Positions 1-12,175 of a stretch of DNA of 64,000 bases are shown here, one piece after another. A model generated the notes under the pieces. It worked only from the letters and a program-made list of their open reading frames with translations, was not told the origin of the DNA and searched no databases. The position numbers and the translations under genes were made by a program. Each line of letters begins with the position of its first letter. Position 1 is the first letter of the stretch. Source of the DNA: Nitrospirales bacterium (GTDB lineage: Bacteria; Nitrospirota; Nitrospiria; Nitrospirales; UBA8639); contig CBDCWC010000003.1 in assembly GCA_965223295.1 (NCBI GenBank), positions 416,001 through 480,000 on the forward strand, in the 5' to 3' direction.

Positions 1-676
1 ATTTTAAAATGCTCCAAAAACATTGTCGGCTCATAGCCCGACCCAAACGTGTAAGGAAAAGCGCGGGGGAATGACGATTTTTCAAATACTGAGGACGACT
101 CATCTGAACATAGTCGGACACTAAATCTCGAGCTTTTTGACCAATAGGTACAATACGCTGTTTCTCACGCTTTCCTGTCGCCTGCAAAAATCCCACCTCC
201 AAATTCAGGTCAGCCACTTCTAAATTGACCAACTCCGAGACACGAAGACCCGTCGCATACAGGAGTTCAACCATGGCAGCATCACGTCGATCATCCCGAT
301 GATTGATCGACGGAAGTTGAAGCAAGCGAGTAACTTCAGCTTCTGTGAGCAATTTAGGGAGTTGTGCCCACTGCTTCGGTGTGCCTTTTAACAATCCCCC
401 TACTGTGTGACCTTTTTCCATCGACACATGTTTATAAAAACCCCGGACAGCAGCCATACAACGCGCAATAGAGGAAGACGATAAACCCGAAGATTTCAGG
501 CTACCCAGAAATTGAATCCACAGAGGTTTGGTCAATGCTTGAAAATCAGCAATACCTTCTTGTTGAAAAAAATCTATGAGTTTTCTCAAATCCCGGCGAT
601 AAGCCGCCAACGTATTGGTGGCACACCCGCTTTCGACTTGCAGTATCGTGAGATAATTATTCAGCAATTCTTGCAT
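1..676 (-). CDS. xerD: Tyrosine recombinase XerD (5' part; runs off the window edge)
   Basis: Not in the ORF track; translated by hand from ATG at 676: MQELLNNYLTILQVESGCATNTLAAYRRDL... and RRDAAMVELLYATGLRVSELVNL, the XerD/XerC catalytic Arg box. Confidence 0.85.
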   Translation of the reverse strand, partial: MQELLNNYLTILQVESGCATNTLAAYRRDLRKLIDFFQQEGIADFQALTKPLWIQFLGSLKSSGLSSSSIARCMAAVRGFYKHVSMEKGHTVGGLLKGTPKQWAQLPKLLTEAEVTRLLQLPSINHRDDRRDAAMVELLYATGLRVSELVNLEVADLNLEVGFLQATGKREKQRIVPIGQKARDLVSDYVQMSRPQYLKNRHSPALFLTRLGRAMSRQCFWSILK

Positions 677-841
677 GTGATTTTGAGAAAAAGGAGTCTC
701 TTCAAGACACTGAGTGAAAGACTTCGGTTCTGCTGCGGCCTTATTTGACAAAATTTTTAATGTTCTCCTATTTAGGTAAGCCTACTTCCTGATATAATAA
801 TCTGTAATGACATTCAACGCACCCCTATCAACAGCATAATC

Positions 842-2818
842 TTGAGCAACCACCGATTTTTTCTCACCGTTGTCCCTAAGTTTCTCTTCGGTATCCTGCA
901 TCTTCCTCGAAATCTTTTGAGATGCGTGTCGGCCTGTGTCCTAGTCACTTTTCTTTGCCTAGGGTTGATGCCCACACTTACGACCCCACTTCTCTCTGTG
1001 GCCGCGGAAACCTCTCCAGCAACTATGCTTGAACAAGCAAAAGCCCGATTGAACGCAAATAAACTCACCAACGCCCTCGAAATACTAGAGGAGCTCATTG
1101 ACTCCCTCCCACCTCCGACGATTCTCCAAGAAGCCTATCTCTTACAGGCCACTGCGCTCAAGAAAGATAACCAACATCCTGAAGCGCTCAGCGTCCTAAA
1201 GCAGTTGCTGGAAGAATTTCCGTTTTCGCCAGCCTCAAACTCTGCGCGGGTACTCATGGCTGAGCTGTACCTCGAACTCAAAGACCCCGAGCAGGCGCTC
1301 ACCCAACTATACCTGGCTTTGGACTATGCGGCCGATCAAGAGCTACGCCGGAACCTGTTTCAACTCATCCGACAGGCAGAACTGGACAATAACAATCCCC
1401 TGGGCGCTGTAAAGGCCGCATTGAATGAAATGACACTCGTCGAGCCTTCCGAACGTCTGGAACTCGAGCAACTAACGCAATCCCTGATTCTTCAAGAATT
1501 AAATGAAGAAGACCTCGAAGAGTTGTTGGAAAGCCATGCCACTCGATATCCGGGAGATATTGCAAGCATTCGACTGATTGAAATTCATACGTCCCGGGGA
1601 GATGAAGTCCTGGCGGAACGGGACATTCGTGGGTTTTTGAAACGCTTTCCTACACATCCCTATGCCGAAACCGCAATGGCCCTGCTTCAATCATTTATTC
1701 AAAAAATCAAAGTCCATCAACATATTCTCGGCGTGGCCTTACCTTTTTCCGGACCTATGAAACGCTATGGAACGGATTTACTGCATGGCATCCGGCTGGC
1801 CCTGGACATCGCCAAAGAAGAATGGGGGCTCACCTCCGTCGGACTCGTCGTGAAAGACACCACAATGCTCAATTCTCCATTACGCGTTGAGATGCAACAA
1901 TTGCTCAATGAATTCCAACCCCGCGCGATCATTGGACCACTATTGACCAGAGAAATTCGCAACTTGGGACGTCTCCCAGATGACTATGCCACTCCATTTA
2001 TTACCCCTTCGTCCACCCTACTCAACGTCAGGCAATATGGGTCGTTTTGGTTCAATACCGCGATGACGTCTTCCGTACAGGCCAAACGTCTCGTGGAATA
2101 CGCTGTCATGAAATTAGACTATCATCGTTTTTGTATCATCTATCCACAGACAGCGTATGGCCGGGAACTGGCCGACATGTTTAGCAAAGAAGTGCTGCAT
2201 TCTGGTGGAGAGATTATTGCCGCCGAAGGATATGATGAAGACCAAAGGGATATTGGGGAACAATTGCGTCGAATCAAGGCCAAAGATTTAACCCTCTATG
2301 GCCTTGAAGAACCCGAAGAAACGCTCACCGGAGAAGAGCGCCTTGTCTATACACCCGGCTTTGATGCCGTCTTTCTTCCCGGCCAATCAGTGCAATTGGC
2401 CATGATCGCCGCGCAACTGGCCTTTTTTGATATGAATGTTCCAATTCTTGGCAGTAATAGCTGGCATACGCCGGAGTTGTTTCGATGGGCAAAACAAGAT
2501 CTCAATGGCAGTATTTTTGTGGATGGATTTTTTCTCAATAGCCCGGATCCGAGTGTCCAGATGTTCATCCAACGCTACCGCGCCCGCTACCAGACCGATC
2601 CCTCCCTTTTCGCCGTGCAGGCCTTCGACGCCGCCACGCTGGTTCTCGAAACTCTTCGTAAGGGCGCACAATCTGGACAAGATGTCTGGGATCAACTGGT
2701 CAGACGCTCAGACCTACCCGCCTTAAGTGGCTTTGCCTCCTTTAGCTCAGCGGGAACCCTGAACCGCCGTCTCTATCTGCTGGAGGTCAATAATCTGACC
2801 TTCACGCAACTGAATTAA
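842..2818 (+). CDS. TPR-containing periplasmic binding-fold protein (LpoA/LppC-like penicillin-binding protein activator)
   Basis: 658 aa ORF; N-terminal hydrophobic segment, TPR-like helical repeats, C-terminal type I periplasmic binding domain (GVALPFSG, IIGPLL, FDAVFLP, AVQAFDAA); start codon uncertain. Confidence 0.75.
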   Translation: MSNHRFFLTVVPKFLFGILHLPRNLLRCVSACVLVTFLCLGLMPTLTTPLLSVAAETSPATMLEQAKARLNANKLTNALEILEELIDSLPPPTILQEAYLLQATALKKDNQHPEALSVLKQLLEEFPFSPASNSARVLMAELYLELKDPEQALTQLYLALDYAADQELRRNLFQLIRQAELDNNNPLGAVKAALNEMTLVEPSERLELEQLTQSLILQELNEEDLEELLESHATRYPGDIASIRLIEIHTSRGDEVLAERDIRGFLKRFPTHPYAETAMALLQSFIQKIKVHQHILGVALPFSGPMKRYGTDLLHGIRLALDIAKEEWGLTSVGLVVKDTTMLNSPLRVEMQQLLNEFQPRAIIGPLLTREIRNLGRLPDDYATPFITPSSTLLNVRQYGSFWFNTAMTSSVQAKRLVEYAVMKLDYHRFCIIYPQTAYGRELADMFSKEVLHSGGEIIAAEGYDEDQRDIGEQLRRIKAKDLTLYGLEEPEETLTGEERLVYTPGFDAVFLPGQSVQLAMIAAQLAFFDMNVPILGSNSWHTPELFRWAKQDLNGSIFVDGFFLNSPDPSVQMFIQRYRARYQTDPSLFAVQAFDAATLVLETLRKGAQSGQDVWDQLVRRSDLPALSGFASFSSAGTLNRRLYLLEVNNLTFTQLN

Positions 2819-2823
2819 ATCCG

Positions 2824-3537
2824 ATGGACTCTATCGCTTCGTTCCTTCATACATTGTCGTATATGCTTGTGCCTCTGTTAGCGGCGGTGGTGCTTCATGA
2901 ATATGCCCATGGATGGGTGGCCAATTTTTTCGGAGATCACACGGCAAAGTCACTGGGAAGACTCACCATCAATCCCATTCCTCACATTGATCCCTGGGGC
3001 AGTATCTTGGTCCCGTTGCTGCTCTCTCTTGTTCCAGGCGGCGTCATTTTCGGATGGGCCAAACCAGTCCCCATTAATCCAAACCAACTCCACAATCCAC
3101 GTCGGGACATGGCCTTTGTGGCAATCGCAGGCCCGCTCATGAATTTATTCTTAGCCATCCTCAGTGGCCTCATACTCAGCTTGATCTTATTTGTAGACCC
3201 TACCATTCAAGACAATTGGCCCCCACAACCTGGAACAGCGCCTCGAGAAGATTTACTCGGTATGTTACTCGTACCCTTAGCCGCCATGGCACTATCATCC
3301 ATCATCGTAAATATCGTTCTCCTGTCGTTCAATCTTCTTCCCTTTCCACCATTAGATGGCAGCCGGGTATTACGAAGTATGCTTTCTCCTCAACGAGCAC
3401 TTCTCTTGAACCGACTCGAACCCTATGGCATGCTTATAATCTTTGGCCTGCTCATGTTAGATTCCCGCATCCCGATAATTAGCTCATTTATCTTTTTTAT
3501 GTTTCGCCTCATTGGCCAACCTTTTTTGCCAACCTAA
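2824..3537 (+). CDS. Site-2 protease family (M50) membrane metalloprotease
   Basis: HEYAHG zinc motif, AGPLMN, FNLLPFPPLDGSR. Confidence 0.92.
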   Translation: MDSIASFLHTLSYMLVPLLAAVVLHEYAHGWVANFFGDHTAKSLGRLTINPIPHIDPWGSILVPLLLSLVPGGVIFGWAKPVPINPNQLHNPRRDMAFVAIAGPLMNLFLAILSGLILSLILFVDPTIQDNWPPQPGTAPREDLLGMLLVPLAAMALSSIIVNIVLLSFNLLPFPPLDGSRVLRSMLSPQRALLLNRLEPYGMLIIFGLLMLDSRIPIISSFIFFMFRLIGQPFLPT

Positions 3538-3567
3538 GGCATTCTTTTTCAGAGGAAGATTACACTC

Positions 3568-4548
3568 ATGACGACACGCGTACTGAGCGGCATGCAACCC
3601 AGCGGACTCATGCACCTTGGCAATTTGCTTGGGGCCTTAGAAAATTGGAAGACGCTTCAAGCCCAGCATGACTGTTTTTTTTTCGTGGCTGACTGGCATG
3701 CCCTTTCGACAAACTACGCCGATACGAGCCGGCTCAAAGAGTTTACCCAAGAATTACTCATCGACTGGCTTGCCGCTGGCATCGATCCCAATCGAGCCAC
3801 GGTGTTTATCCAATCACAAGTTCCTGAACATGCGATTTTGCATTTACTCTTCTCCATGATCATTCCCATTCCCTGGTTGGAGCGCAATCCTACTTACAAG
3901 GAAAAACAAGAAGAAATCACCGAAAAAGATCTGTCGACCTATGGATTCTTAGGATACCCCGTCCTTCAAGCTGCAGACATTCTGCTATACAAACCCAACC
4001 TTGTTCCAGTCGGAAAAGATCAGCTTCCACATTTAGAACTGACCCGGGAAGTAGGCCGTCGATTTAATAGTTTATACAAACCGGTGTTTTCCGACCCCAA
4101 AGAATATTTGACACAATTCCCCAAAGTACTCGGGACAGATGGGCGGAAGATGAGTAAGAGTTACCACAATACGATTAATCTCTCCGACACCGAACCCACC
4201 CTCCGCCAAAAACTCAAAACCATGGTGACCGACCCCGCTCGAGTACGCCGGACCGATAAGGGCAATCCTGAAGTCTGCCCGGTTTACGACTTTCACAAGA
4301 TCTTTTCTTCCACCGAGGTCACCTCACAAATTGACAACGATTGCCGGACAGCCGCGATCGGATGCATCGACTGCAAACGACAAGTGGGAGATACCATCGT
4401 CCAACGCTTTTCGCCGATGTGGGAAACCCGTGAAAAAATTTCCGCTGACCCTACGCATACTCGTGAAGTCGTTGAAGAGGGACGCAAACGGGCGTCGGCC
4501 GTAGCCAAAGAAACAATGACCGAAGTCAACGAAGCAATGAACATCTGA
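3568..4548 (+). CDS. trpS: Tryptophanyl-tRNA synthetase
   Basis: SGMQPSG..HLGN, YPVLQAADIL, VPVGKDQ, KMSKS. Confidence 0.97.
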   Translation: MTTRVLSGMQPSGLMHLGNLLGALENWKTLQAQHDCFFFVADWHALSTNYADTSRLKEFTQELLIDWLAAGIDPNRATVFIQSQVPEHAILHLLFSMIIPIPWLERNPTYKEKQEEITEKDLSTYGFLGYPVLQAADILLYKPNLVPVGKDQLPHLELTREVGRRFNSLYKPVFSDPKEYLTQFPKVLGTDGRKMSKSYHNTINLSDTEPTLRQKLKTMVTDPARVRRTDKGNPEVCPVYDFHKIFSSTEVTSQIDNDCRTAAIGCIDCKRQVGDTIVQRFSPMWETREKISADPTHTREVVEEGRKRASAVAKETMTEVNEAMNI

Positions 4549-4569
4549 GTAATCTTCCCGCTACATTTC

Positions 4570-4598
4570 TTGACAGGACTTAGACCCATCGCTACTAT
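4570..4598 (+). promoter_or_regulatory. Sigma70-type promoter upstream of gap
   Basis: TTGACA (4570-4575), 17-nt spacer, TACTAT (4593-4598), 54 nt before the gap start. Confidence 0.6.
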
Positions 4599-4637
4599 GA
4601 AGAATTGTCTATTTTCTGTTATCTACACCTATATTGA

Positions 4638-5657
<1,020 letters not shown>

Positions 5658-5728
5658 TTCACAGCTAATCCGCGGGCCCTTCCAGAGGTCTCGCCCTACT
5701 CCATCTCTCACGGAGGGCAGAGGGAGTC

Positions 5729-6928
5729 ATGAATCTCACAAAACAAACCATTGACCAAGTCGATCTCCGCAATAAACGTGTTCTCATTCGCGTGGACTTT
5801 AACGTCCCGTTAGATGATACGGGTGAAATTACCGACGACTCACGCATTCGGGCGGCACTACCCACCATCAATAGAGCACTGGACCAAGACGCTCTTGTCA
5901 TTCTGTGTTCCCATTTAGGCCGTCCCAAAGGCACGAAAGACCCGGCACTGAGTCTGGCGCCCATCGCCACGCGCCTACGTCGTCTCCTGAATAAGCCCGT
6001 GACATTTACTGAAGATTGCATCGGACCCATCGTGGAATCAGCCGTAAAGAGCGCAAAACCTGGTGATGTTGTGCTCCTAGAGAATTTACGCTTTCATCCA
6101 GGTGAAGAAAAAAATGACGATCAATTCTCCGAACAACTCGCGAATCTTGCAGACGTTTATATCAACGAAGCCTTTGGAACGGCCCATCGCTCGCATGCCT
6201 CTACAGTGGGCATTACTAAATATGTGAAGGTCTCCGCTGCAGGATTTCTCATGAAACGTGAAGTCGAGGCGTTAGAAGGAAGCGTGGAAAATCCTGTTCG
6301 CCCGTTCGTCGCCATTTTAGGAGGGGCAAAGGTTTCGGGAAAAATCGGAGTCATCAAAAATCTAGGCGGAAAGGTTGATAAAGTCATCATCGGCGGCGGC
6401 ATGGCCTTTACCTTTATCAAAGCTCTGGGATTTGAAATCGGCAAATCATTGGTCGAAGACGACATGCTGGATTTAGCCAAACAAATCCTCGAGCAAGCCA
6501 TGGCTGAAAAAATCAAGTTTTATCTCCCTGTGGACTGCGTTGTCGCCGCAAGTATGGAACCTGACGCGGAAACCATGATCACCACTATTCAGGAAATCCC
6601 GCCAGGGTGGTATGGCATGGATATCGGCCCCGCTTCCGTCCGGCTCTTTGGTGAAGCCGTGCAAAATGCCAAAACGATCTTATGGAATGGTCCCATGGGC
6701 GTGTTTGAGCGTGATGCTTTTTCCCGTGGGACATTTGCTCTGGCTCATTCCGTTGCAAATGCCTATGCCAAAAGTATTGTCGGTGGAGGAGATACGGCAT
6801 TAGCAGTACATCGTGCGGGTGAATCGGAAAGCATGGCCTTTATTTCAACAGGTGGGGGCGCAGCGCTCCAACTGCTTGAGGGCAAACACATGCCGGGACT
6901 CGCGGCATTACCCGACCGGCCGTACTAA
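5729..6928 (+). CDS. pgk: Phosphoglycerate kinase
   Basis: RVDFNVP, SHLGRP, LLENLRF, WNGPMGVFE, STGGGA. Confidence 0.98.
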   Translation: MNLTKQTIDQVDLRNKRVLIRVDFNVPLDDTGEITDDSRIRAALPTINRALDQDALVILCSHLGRPKGTKDPALSLAPIATRLRRLLNKPVTFTEDCIGPIVESAVKSAKPGDVVLLENLRFHPGEEKNDDQFSEQLANLADVYINEAFGTAHRSHASTVGITKYVKVSAAGFLMKREVEALEGSVENPVRPFVAILGGAKVSGKIGVIKNLGGKVDKVIIGGGMAFTFIKALGFEIGKSLVEDDMLDLAKQILEQAMAEKIKFYLPVDCVVAASMEPDAETMITTIQEIPPGWYGMDIGPASVRLFGEAVQNAKTILWNGPMGVFERDAFSRGTFALAHSVANAYAKSIVGGGDTALAVHRAGESESMAFISTGGGAALQLLEGKHMPGLAALPDRPY

Positions 6929-6987
6929 CACATTCTGATTCGACGACAACTTCTTTTTTCCATCTCAATTCTGAGCGAAGGAATTCC

Positions 6988-7737
6988 ATGAAGCGGTTTA
7001 TCGTTGGCAACTGGAAAATGCACAATACCATTACCCAGGCTGAAGCACTTGTTCGAGAAATTCTCGCGATTCACCGGGCGGATTCGTCTATCGAGTTGGC
7101 CGTGGCACCACCCTATGTGGCGCTTCACGCGGTACAAAAGCTCTTGGCTGCCACCCCGATACAATTAGTGGCCCAAAACATGTCCGCAAAAGACGAAGGC
7201 GCATTCACAGGAGAAATTTCGCCTCTCATGCTGAAAGAGCTTGGCTGCTACTATGTGATTATCGGGCATTCAGAACGCCGCCATCTTTTTGGAGAAACAG
7301 ATCAAATCATTAATGAGAAAATTCATGCGGCGCTTCGTCATGATCTGCAACCCATCTTTTGTGTGGGAGAACGCCTGGAAGAACGCGATGCTGGACAGAC
7401 TCAGTTTGTGATTGAACAACAGTTACAAACGGGATTGGCAGGGCTGACAGCCAAAGATGCGAAGAACATGACCATTGCGTATGAACCGGTCTGGGCCATC
7501 GGAACCGGCCGGGCAGCCACCGTGGAACAAGCCACTGAAGTCCATGCGGCAATCCGATCATCGTTAGCAGACACATGGAAGGTGAATACTGACTCCCTGA
7601 GAATCCTCTATGGTGGCAGTGTCTCAGCTGAAAATGCCCCGGCTCTTTTTCAATCTCCTCAAATTAACGGAGCGTTAATCGGGAAAGCTTGTTTGAATTC
7701 TCAATCCTTTGTTAAGATTGCTCAGGCTGCTGCTTAA
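6988..7737 (+). CDS. tpiA: Triosephosphate isomerase
   Basis: GNWKM, IGHSERR, AYEPVWAIGTG, LYGGSV. Confidence 0.98.
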   Translation: MKRFIVGNWKMHNTITQAEALVREILAIHRADSSIELAVAPPYVALHAVQKLLAATPIQLVAQNMSAKDEGAFTGEISPLMLKELGCYYVIIGHSERRHLFGETDQIINEKIHAALRHDLQPIFCVGERLEERDAGQTQFVIEQQLQTGLAGLTAKDAKNMTIAYEPVWAIGTGRAATVEQATEVHAAIRSSLADTWKVNTDSLRILYGGSVSAENAPALFQSPQINGALIGKACLNSQSFVKIAQAAA

Positions 7738-7773
7738 GATTGACACAAAAATTTCCGAGGACCCAATAAAAAG

Positions 7774-8190
7774 ATGTATACATTAGCCGTCACCATCCAT
7801 CTTATCGTGTGCTTTCTTATGATTGCTTCCATTTTGCTGCAAGCTGGTAAGGGAGCTGAAATTGGAGCATCATTTGGCGGCTCGTCTCAAACGGTCTTTG
7901 GGAGCCGCGGACCTGGAACATTTCTCAGCAAAGTGACCGTCGGTGCAGCCATCCTGTTTATGCTGACTTCATTGGGACTAGGCATACTTTCACGCCAGGC
8001 TACAACCTCGTCCACCGTTATTGATCTTCACCCGACCACCCATCAGGAATCGTCATCCGGCTCAACCACTAAAGAGCCCACGCCGGCAACACCAGACGCC
8101 AACACATCTGAATCTACAGCAACCCCAACTCCAGAAACTTCATCAGAAGCCACTCCAGAGGCCACAAGTCCTACTCCAGATCAGCCATAA
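7774..8190 (+). CDS. secG: Preprotein translocase subunit SecG with a long Thr/Ser/Pro-rich tail
   Basis: ILLQAGKGAEIGASFGGSSQTVFGSRG motif; position after tpiA. Confidence 0.93.
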   Translation: MYTLAVTIHLIVCFLMIASILLQAGKGAEIGASFGGSSQTVFGSRGPGTFLSKVTVGAAILFMLTSLGLGILSRQATTSSTVIDLHPTTHQESSSGSTTKEPTPATPDANTSESTATPTPETSSEATPEATSPTPDQP

Positions 8191-8294
8191 AAACTTCTTC
8201 GCCAGCAGACAGGTCCGCGCGTACTACAAAACGACTTTATTCAGCCTGAAAACCTGACTTCCGACCTGAAAAAGTTAGGGCAATACAGAGAATG

Positions 8295-9209
8295 TTAAAT
8301 AGGAGTGAGCCAATTGGCGTAGGTAGGATCCTCACCTCGGACAATTTTAAAAAAATCGCTTTGTAAGGCTTGGGTAATGGGTCCAGGCTTTCCTTCCCCA
8401 ATCACTCGGTCATCTAGCTCTCTAACCGGCGTGACTTCAGCAGCTGTTCCCGTGAAAAAAACTTCATCGGCCACATACATGGCATCTCGAGTAAACCGTT
8501 CTTCAACCACCGAAATATTTTTAGCACGCGCCAATGCCAGCACAGCATTACGGGTAATCCCATCAAGAATCGAAGTTAATGGAGTGGTCTTCAGCACACC
8601 CTTCGTCACAATAAACACATTTTCACCAGTCCCTTCGGCAACGTAACCTTCAGGGTCAAGGAGAATGCATTCTTCATATCCTGATTTTATGGCTTCCCAT
8701 TTCGCCAGAATAGAGTTCACGTAGTAGCCTGAAACCTTAGCCCGGGTCATGGAGACATTCACGTGATGCCGGGTGAACGAAGAAATTTTGGCTCGAATCC
8801 CTTGCGCCAACGCCTCTTCACCCAAATACGACCCCCATGGCCATGCTGCAATCGACACGCAAGTGGGATTATCCCCGGGGTAAATGCCCATGGCTCCAAT
8901 GCCCACATAGGCAATCGGCCGAATATAGCAAGAAGCCAGCTCATTGACACGAACAGTTTCGATGATCGCGTTGGTGACTTCTTTTTTCGTGAACGGTATG
9001 GGCATCAAGGTAATGTGGGCAGACTCAAACAAACGATCAACATGTTCCTGCAGACGAAAAATAGCCGACCCTTGCTTGCCTTCATAACACCGAATGCCCT
9101 CAAACGCAGCCAAACCATAATGCAGCGAATGCGTGAGAACATGGACGGTTGCCTCATCCCAATCCACAAATTTGCCATCCATCCAAATCTTTTTTGATGC
9201 AGTGACCAT
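8295..9209 (-). CDS. ilvE: Branched-chain amino acid aminotransferase
   Basis: [35 protein letters not shown]; start moved from 9272 to MVTASKKIW at 9209. Confidence 0.95.
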   Translation of the reverse strand: MVTASKKIWMDGKFVDWDEATVHVLTHSLHYGLAAFEGIRCYEGKQGSAIFRLQEHVDRLFESAHITLMPIPFTKKEVTNAIIETVRVNELASCYIRPIAYVGIGAMGIYPGDNPTCVSIAAWPWGSYLGEEALAQGIRAKISSFTRHHVNVSMTRAKVSGYYVNSILAKWEAIKSGYEECILLDPEGYVAEGTGENVFIVTKGVLKTTPLTSILDGITRNAVLALARAKNISVVEERFTRDAMYVADEVFFTGTAAEVTPVRELDDRVIGEGKPGPITQALQSDFFKIVRGEDPTYANWLTPI

Positions 9210-9383
9210 AGACGAATATTTTCCTAATCTTTTTGAATAAGAATTACCGTTTTCGTACCCGGCCAAATACAAATATGACAGGGTGATTGTTTATGTTTCG
9301 GTGGAGCAGATGGTATACTAAAATCTTGACTTAAATGTAAACATACTGGCAAAATGAATGTTTTGTTAAGGAGTAACCATACC

Positions 9384-9698
9384 ATGTATGCGATCATAGA
9401 AACAGGTGGAAAACAATATCGGGCAGAGCCACAAGGCCTCTTACAAATTGAATCTGTGCCCGGCGATGTGGGAAGCACCGTTGAGTTTGATGCGGTACGG
9501 TTCGTTCAGACCGGTGAAGCTCCCCTCGTTGGCACCCCGACCATTCCACAGGCCTTGGTCAAGGCTGAAATTGTTCGACATGCCCGAACCCGGTCCATGA
9601 CGGTTTTCAAGAAGAAACGCCGCAAAGGCTACCGCCGAACGAGGGGGCACAGACAAGGCTTTACACAAGTACGTATTACAGAGATCGTTACCCCCTAA
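9384..9698 (+). CDS. rplU: 50S ribosomal protein L21
   Basis: MYAIIETGGKQY ... KKKRRKGYRRTRGHRQ; RBS AAGGAG upstream. Confidence 0.97.
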   Translation: MYAIIETGGKQYRAEPQGLLQIESVPGDVGSTVEFDAVRFVQTGEAPLVGTPTIPQALVKAEIVRHARTRSMTVFKKKRRKGYRRTRGHRQGFTQVRITEIVTP

Positions 9699-9723
9699 AA
9701 TTTTCGCATTGGAGACATAATTC

Positions 9724-9978
9724 ATGGCACATAAAAAAGGTGGTGGATCCTCACGAAATGGACGAGACAGTAACCCGCAATACTTGGGTGTGAAAGCATA
9801 TGCTGGAGAAACGGTTCCTGGCGGCAGTATTTTGGTCAGGCAACGAGGGACAAAATTCTTTCCCGGCACCAATGTTGGCTTGGGAAAAGATTATACCCTG
9901 TTCGCAAAAATCACCGGCACGGTAAAGTTTGAGGGCAGCGCAGCTCGACGCAAGGTCAGCATCTATCCTTCCGCCTAA
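9724..9978 (+). CDS. rpmA: 50S ribosomal protein L27
   Basis: [16 protein letters not shown]. Confidence 0.98.
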   Translation: MAHKKGGGSSRNGRDSNPQYLGVKAYAGETVPGGSILVRQRGTKFFPGTNVGLGKDYTLFAKITGTVKFEGSAARRKVSIYPSA

Positions 9979-10033
9979 GCATTCCTTACTCCTTCCTTAG
10001 AACTCTCTTCAGGGCCGGTATGATGGCATTCTC

Positions 10034-11056
10034 ATGTTCATTGATCACGCACGCATATTCGTGAAGGCAGGAGACGGCGGATCGGGGCATTGCAGCTTCC
10101 GCCGAGAGAAATTTGTCCCCCGTGGAGGGCCTAATGGCGGAGACGGCGGCAACGGCGGCCACGTGATTTTTGAAGCGTCAAACCGTGTCTCAACTCTGCT
10201 CGATTTGCGATATCAACGCCACTACCATGCTCAATCTGGAGAACGTGGAGGGAAGTTTAATCGGCATGGTGCCAACGGGGTCAATGCAATAATCCAGGTT
10301 CCTGTGGGAACGTTAGTGAAGGTCGAGGCAACAGGCGAGACCCTTGTCGATCTCATCACTGATGGACAGACCGCCATTGTTGCACACGGTGGAAAAGGTG
10401 GAAAAGGCAATGCCCGTTATGTGACCTCGACCAATCAAGCCCCACGAGATTTTGAACCAGGCACACCTGGGCAAGAACACTGGTTACAATTAGAGTTAAA
10501 ACTCCTCGCCGATGTCGGACTGGTTGGGTTTCCCAATGCAGGCAAATCAACATTGATTTCATCCATCACTTCAGCCCACCCAGAAATAGGGCATTATCCA
10601 TTTACCACGTTACGCCCTCACCTTGGAGTCGTCGAATGGACAGACGATTTATCATTTGTCGTCGCCGATATTCCAGGGTTAATTGAAGGCGCGCACGAAG
10701 GCAAAGGGCTTGGCATTCAATTTCTTAAACATATACAGCGAACGGCTCTCTTACTCTATGTAATTGATATCACTGAATGGATTGAAGAAAGCCCTGTCAC
10801 CACATTGGAAACCTTAAGAAACGAACTACAGGCGTTTGACACCGCTTTACTTGAACGTCCTTTTGCCATTGCTGCGACAAAAATCGACTCCAAAGGCAAT
10901 GGGCAGCACCTCCACACGCTTCAAATGTATTGCGCCAAACAGGACTATCCGTGTTTTCCTCTTTCGGCGGTAACCAAAGAAGGCCTTTCCCCATTGCTCA
11001 CCTACTTAGGACAGACCGTCCTAGAGACTAAGGCATCATGCACCAGCAACTGCTAA
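10034..11056 (+). CDS. obgE: GTPase ObgE
   Basis: Gly-rich Obg fold, GFPNAGKST, YPFTT, DIPGLIEGA. Confidence 0.97.
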   Translation: MFIDHARIFVKAGDGGSGHCSFRREKFVPRGGPNGGDGGNGGHVIFEASNRVSTLLDLRYQRHYHAQSGERGGKFNRHGANGVNAIIQVPVGTLVKVEATGETLVDLITDGQTAIVAHGGKGGKGNARYVTSTNQAPRDFEPGTPGQEHWLQLELKLLADVGLVGFPNAGKSTLISSITSAHPEIGHYPFTTLRPHLGVVEWTDDLSFVVADIPGLIEGAHEGKGLGIQFLKHIQRTALLLYVIDITEWIEESPVTTLETLRNELQAFDTALLERPFAIAATKIDSKGNGQHLHTLQMYCAKQDYPCFPLSAVTKEGLSPLLTYLGQTVLETKASCTSNC

Positions 11057-12162
11057 CCACATGCAAACGTGTGGTCGTAAAAATTGGCAGCAGCCTTGTC
11101 GCCTCTTCTGAGGGAGGACTTCACCGAGACCGCATTGCCCGGCTCGCCAAAGAATTTGCTGCGTTACAGTCCAATAATAAAGAACTCGTGATCGTGTCGT
11201 CTGGAGCCATCGTCGCGGGCATTGCACATTTAGAGTTAGACGCATACCCTCAGGAGCTGCCTCTTCGACAGGCCGCCGCCGCAGTGGGACAAAGTCGGTT
11301 ACTCCAAGCCTACGAGACGGCCTTTGAGGAATCAGGACACAAAATCGCCCAAGTCTTACTCACGCATCAAGACTTGGGAGGCCGTCGTCGATTTTTAAAC
11401 GCCCGCCATACACTGACAAAATTGATTCGACTTGGCGTCATTCCGATTATCAACGAAAATGATACCGTTTCAACCGAAGAAATTCGGTTCGGCGACAATG
11501 ATGCTCTGGCTGGACAAATCGCCCATCTCGTCGATGCCGATCTGCTGGTCATCTTGTCGGATGTGAATGGCTTGTATGAAGCTGATCCGCACCTGAATCC
11601 TTCTGCAAAATTCATCTCTTTCATCCCAGCCATCACCAAACACATTGAAAGTTTGGCTGGAGGATCTAGAAGCCAAGCCAGTCGTGGGGGCATGGTTACA
11701 AAAATTCAAGCTGCCAAGCAGGCTGGACGGTTTGGCGTTCCCACACTCCTGCTCAACGGTGAAACACCTCATGCCTTAGGCCAGGCATTAGAAGGAAAGC
11801 CTAGCGGGACATTTTTCGCTTCAAAACAGTCTTCACTCCCGAATCGTAAACAATGGATTGCCTTTACGCTGAGACCCAAGGGAGAGATCATGTTGGACGA
11901 AGGAGCCGTCACAGCACTTGTCCTTCGCGGCAAAAGCTTATTAGCGTCTGGCATTCTCAACGTTAACGGTACATTTCTTAATGGTGACCCTGTCAGTTGC
12001 ACGACAGAAGAAGGCATCGTATTCGCTCAGGGCCTCACCAACTATTCAGCTGAAACTCTCCAACGGATCAAGGGCAAACACACATCAGCCATTCAGCAGC
12101 TCTTGGGAACCCTGGAATATAAAGAAGTCATACATCGTGACAATCTCGCTTTAACACCATAA
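11038..12162 (+). CDS. proB: Glutamate 5-kinase with PUA domain
   Basis: VVKIGSS, VSSGA, INENDTV, FGDND, GGMVTK, VIHRDN. Confidence 0.97.
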   Translation: MHQQLLTTCKRVVVKIGSSLVASSEGGLHRDRIARLAKEFAALQSNNKELVIVSSGAIVAGIAHLELDAYPQELPLRQAAAAVGQSRLLQAYETAFEESGHKIAQVLLTHQDLGGRRRFLNARHTLTKLIRLGVIPIINENDTVSTEEIRFGDNDALAGQIAHLVDADLLVILSDVNGLYEADPHLNPSAKFISFIPAITKHIESLAGGSRSQASRGGMVTKIQAAKQAGRFGVPTLLLNGETPHALGQALEGKPSGTFFASKQSSLPNRKQWIAFTLRPKGEIMLDEGAVTALVLRGKSLLASGILNVNGTFLNGDPVSCTTEEGIVFAQGLTNYSAETLQRIKGKHTSAIQQLLGTLEYKEVIHRDNLALTP

Positions 12163-12175
12163 AAACATTCAACCC

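Noticed and set aside
8040-8187. Repetitive T/P/E/S tail of SecG as a tandem-repeat locus
   Set aside because: Low-complexity protein tail without exact nucleotide repeats; such extensions are common in SecG.
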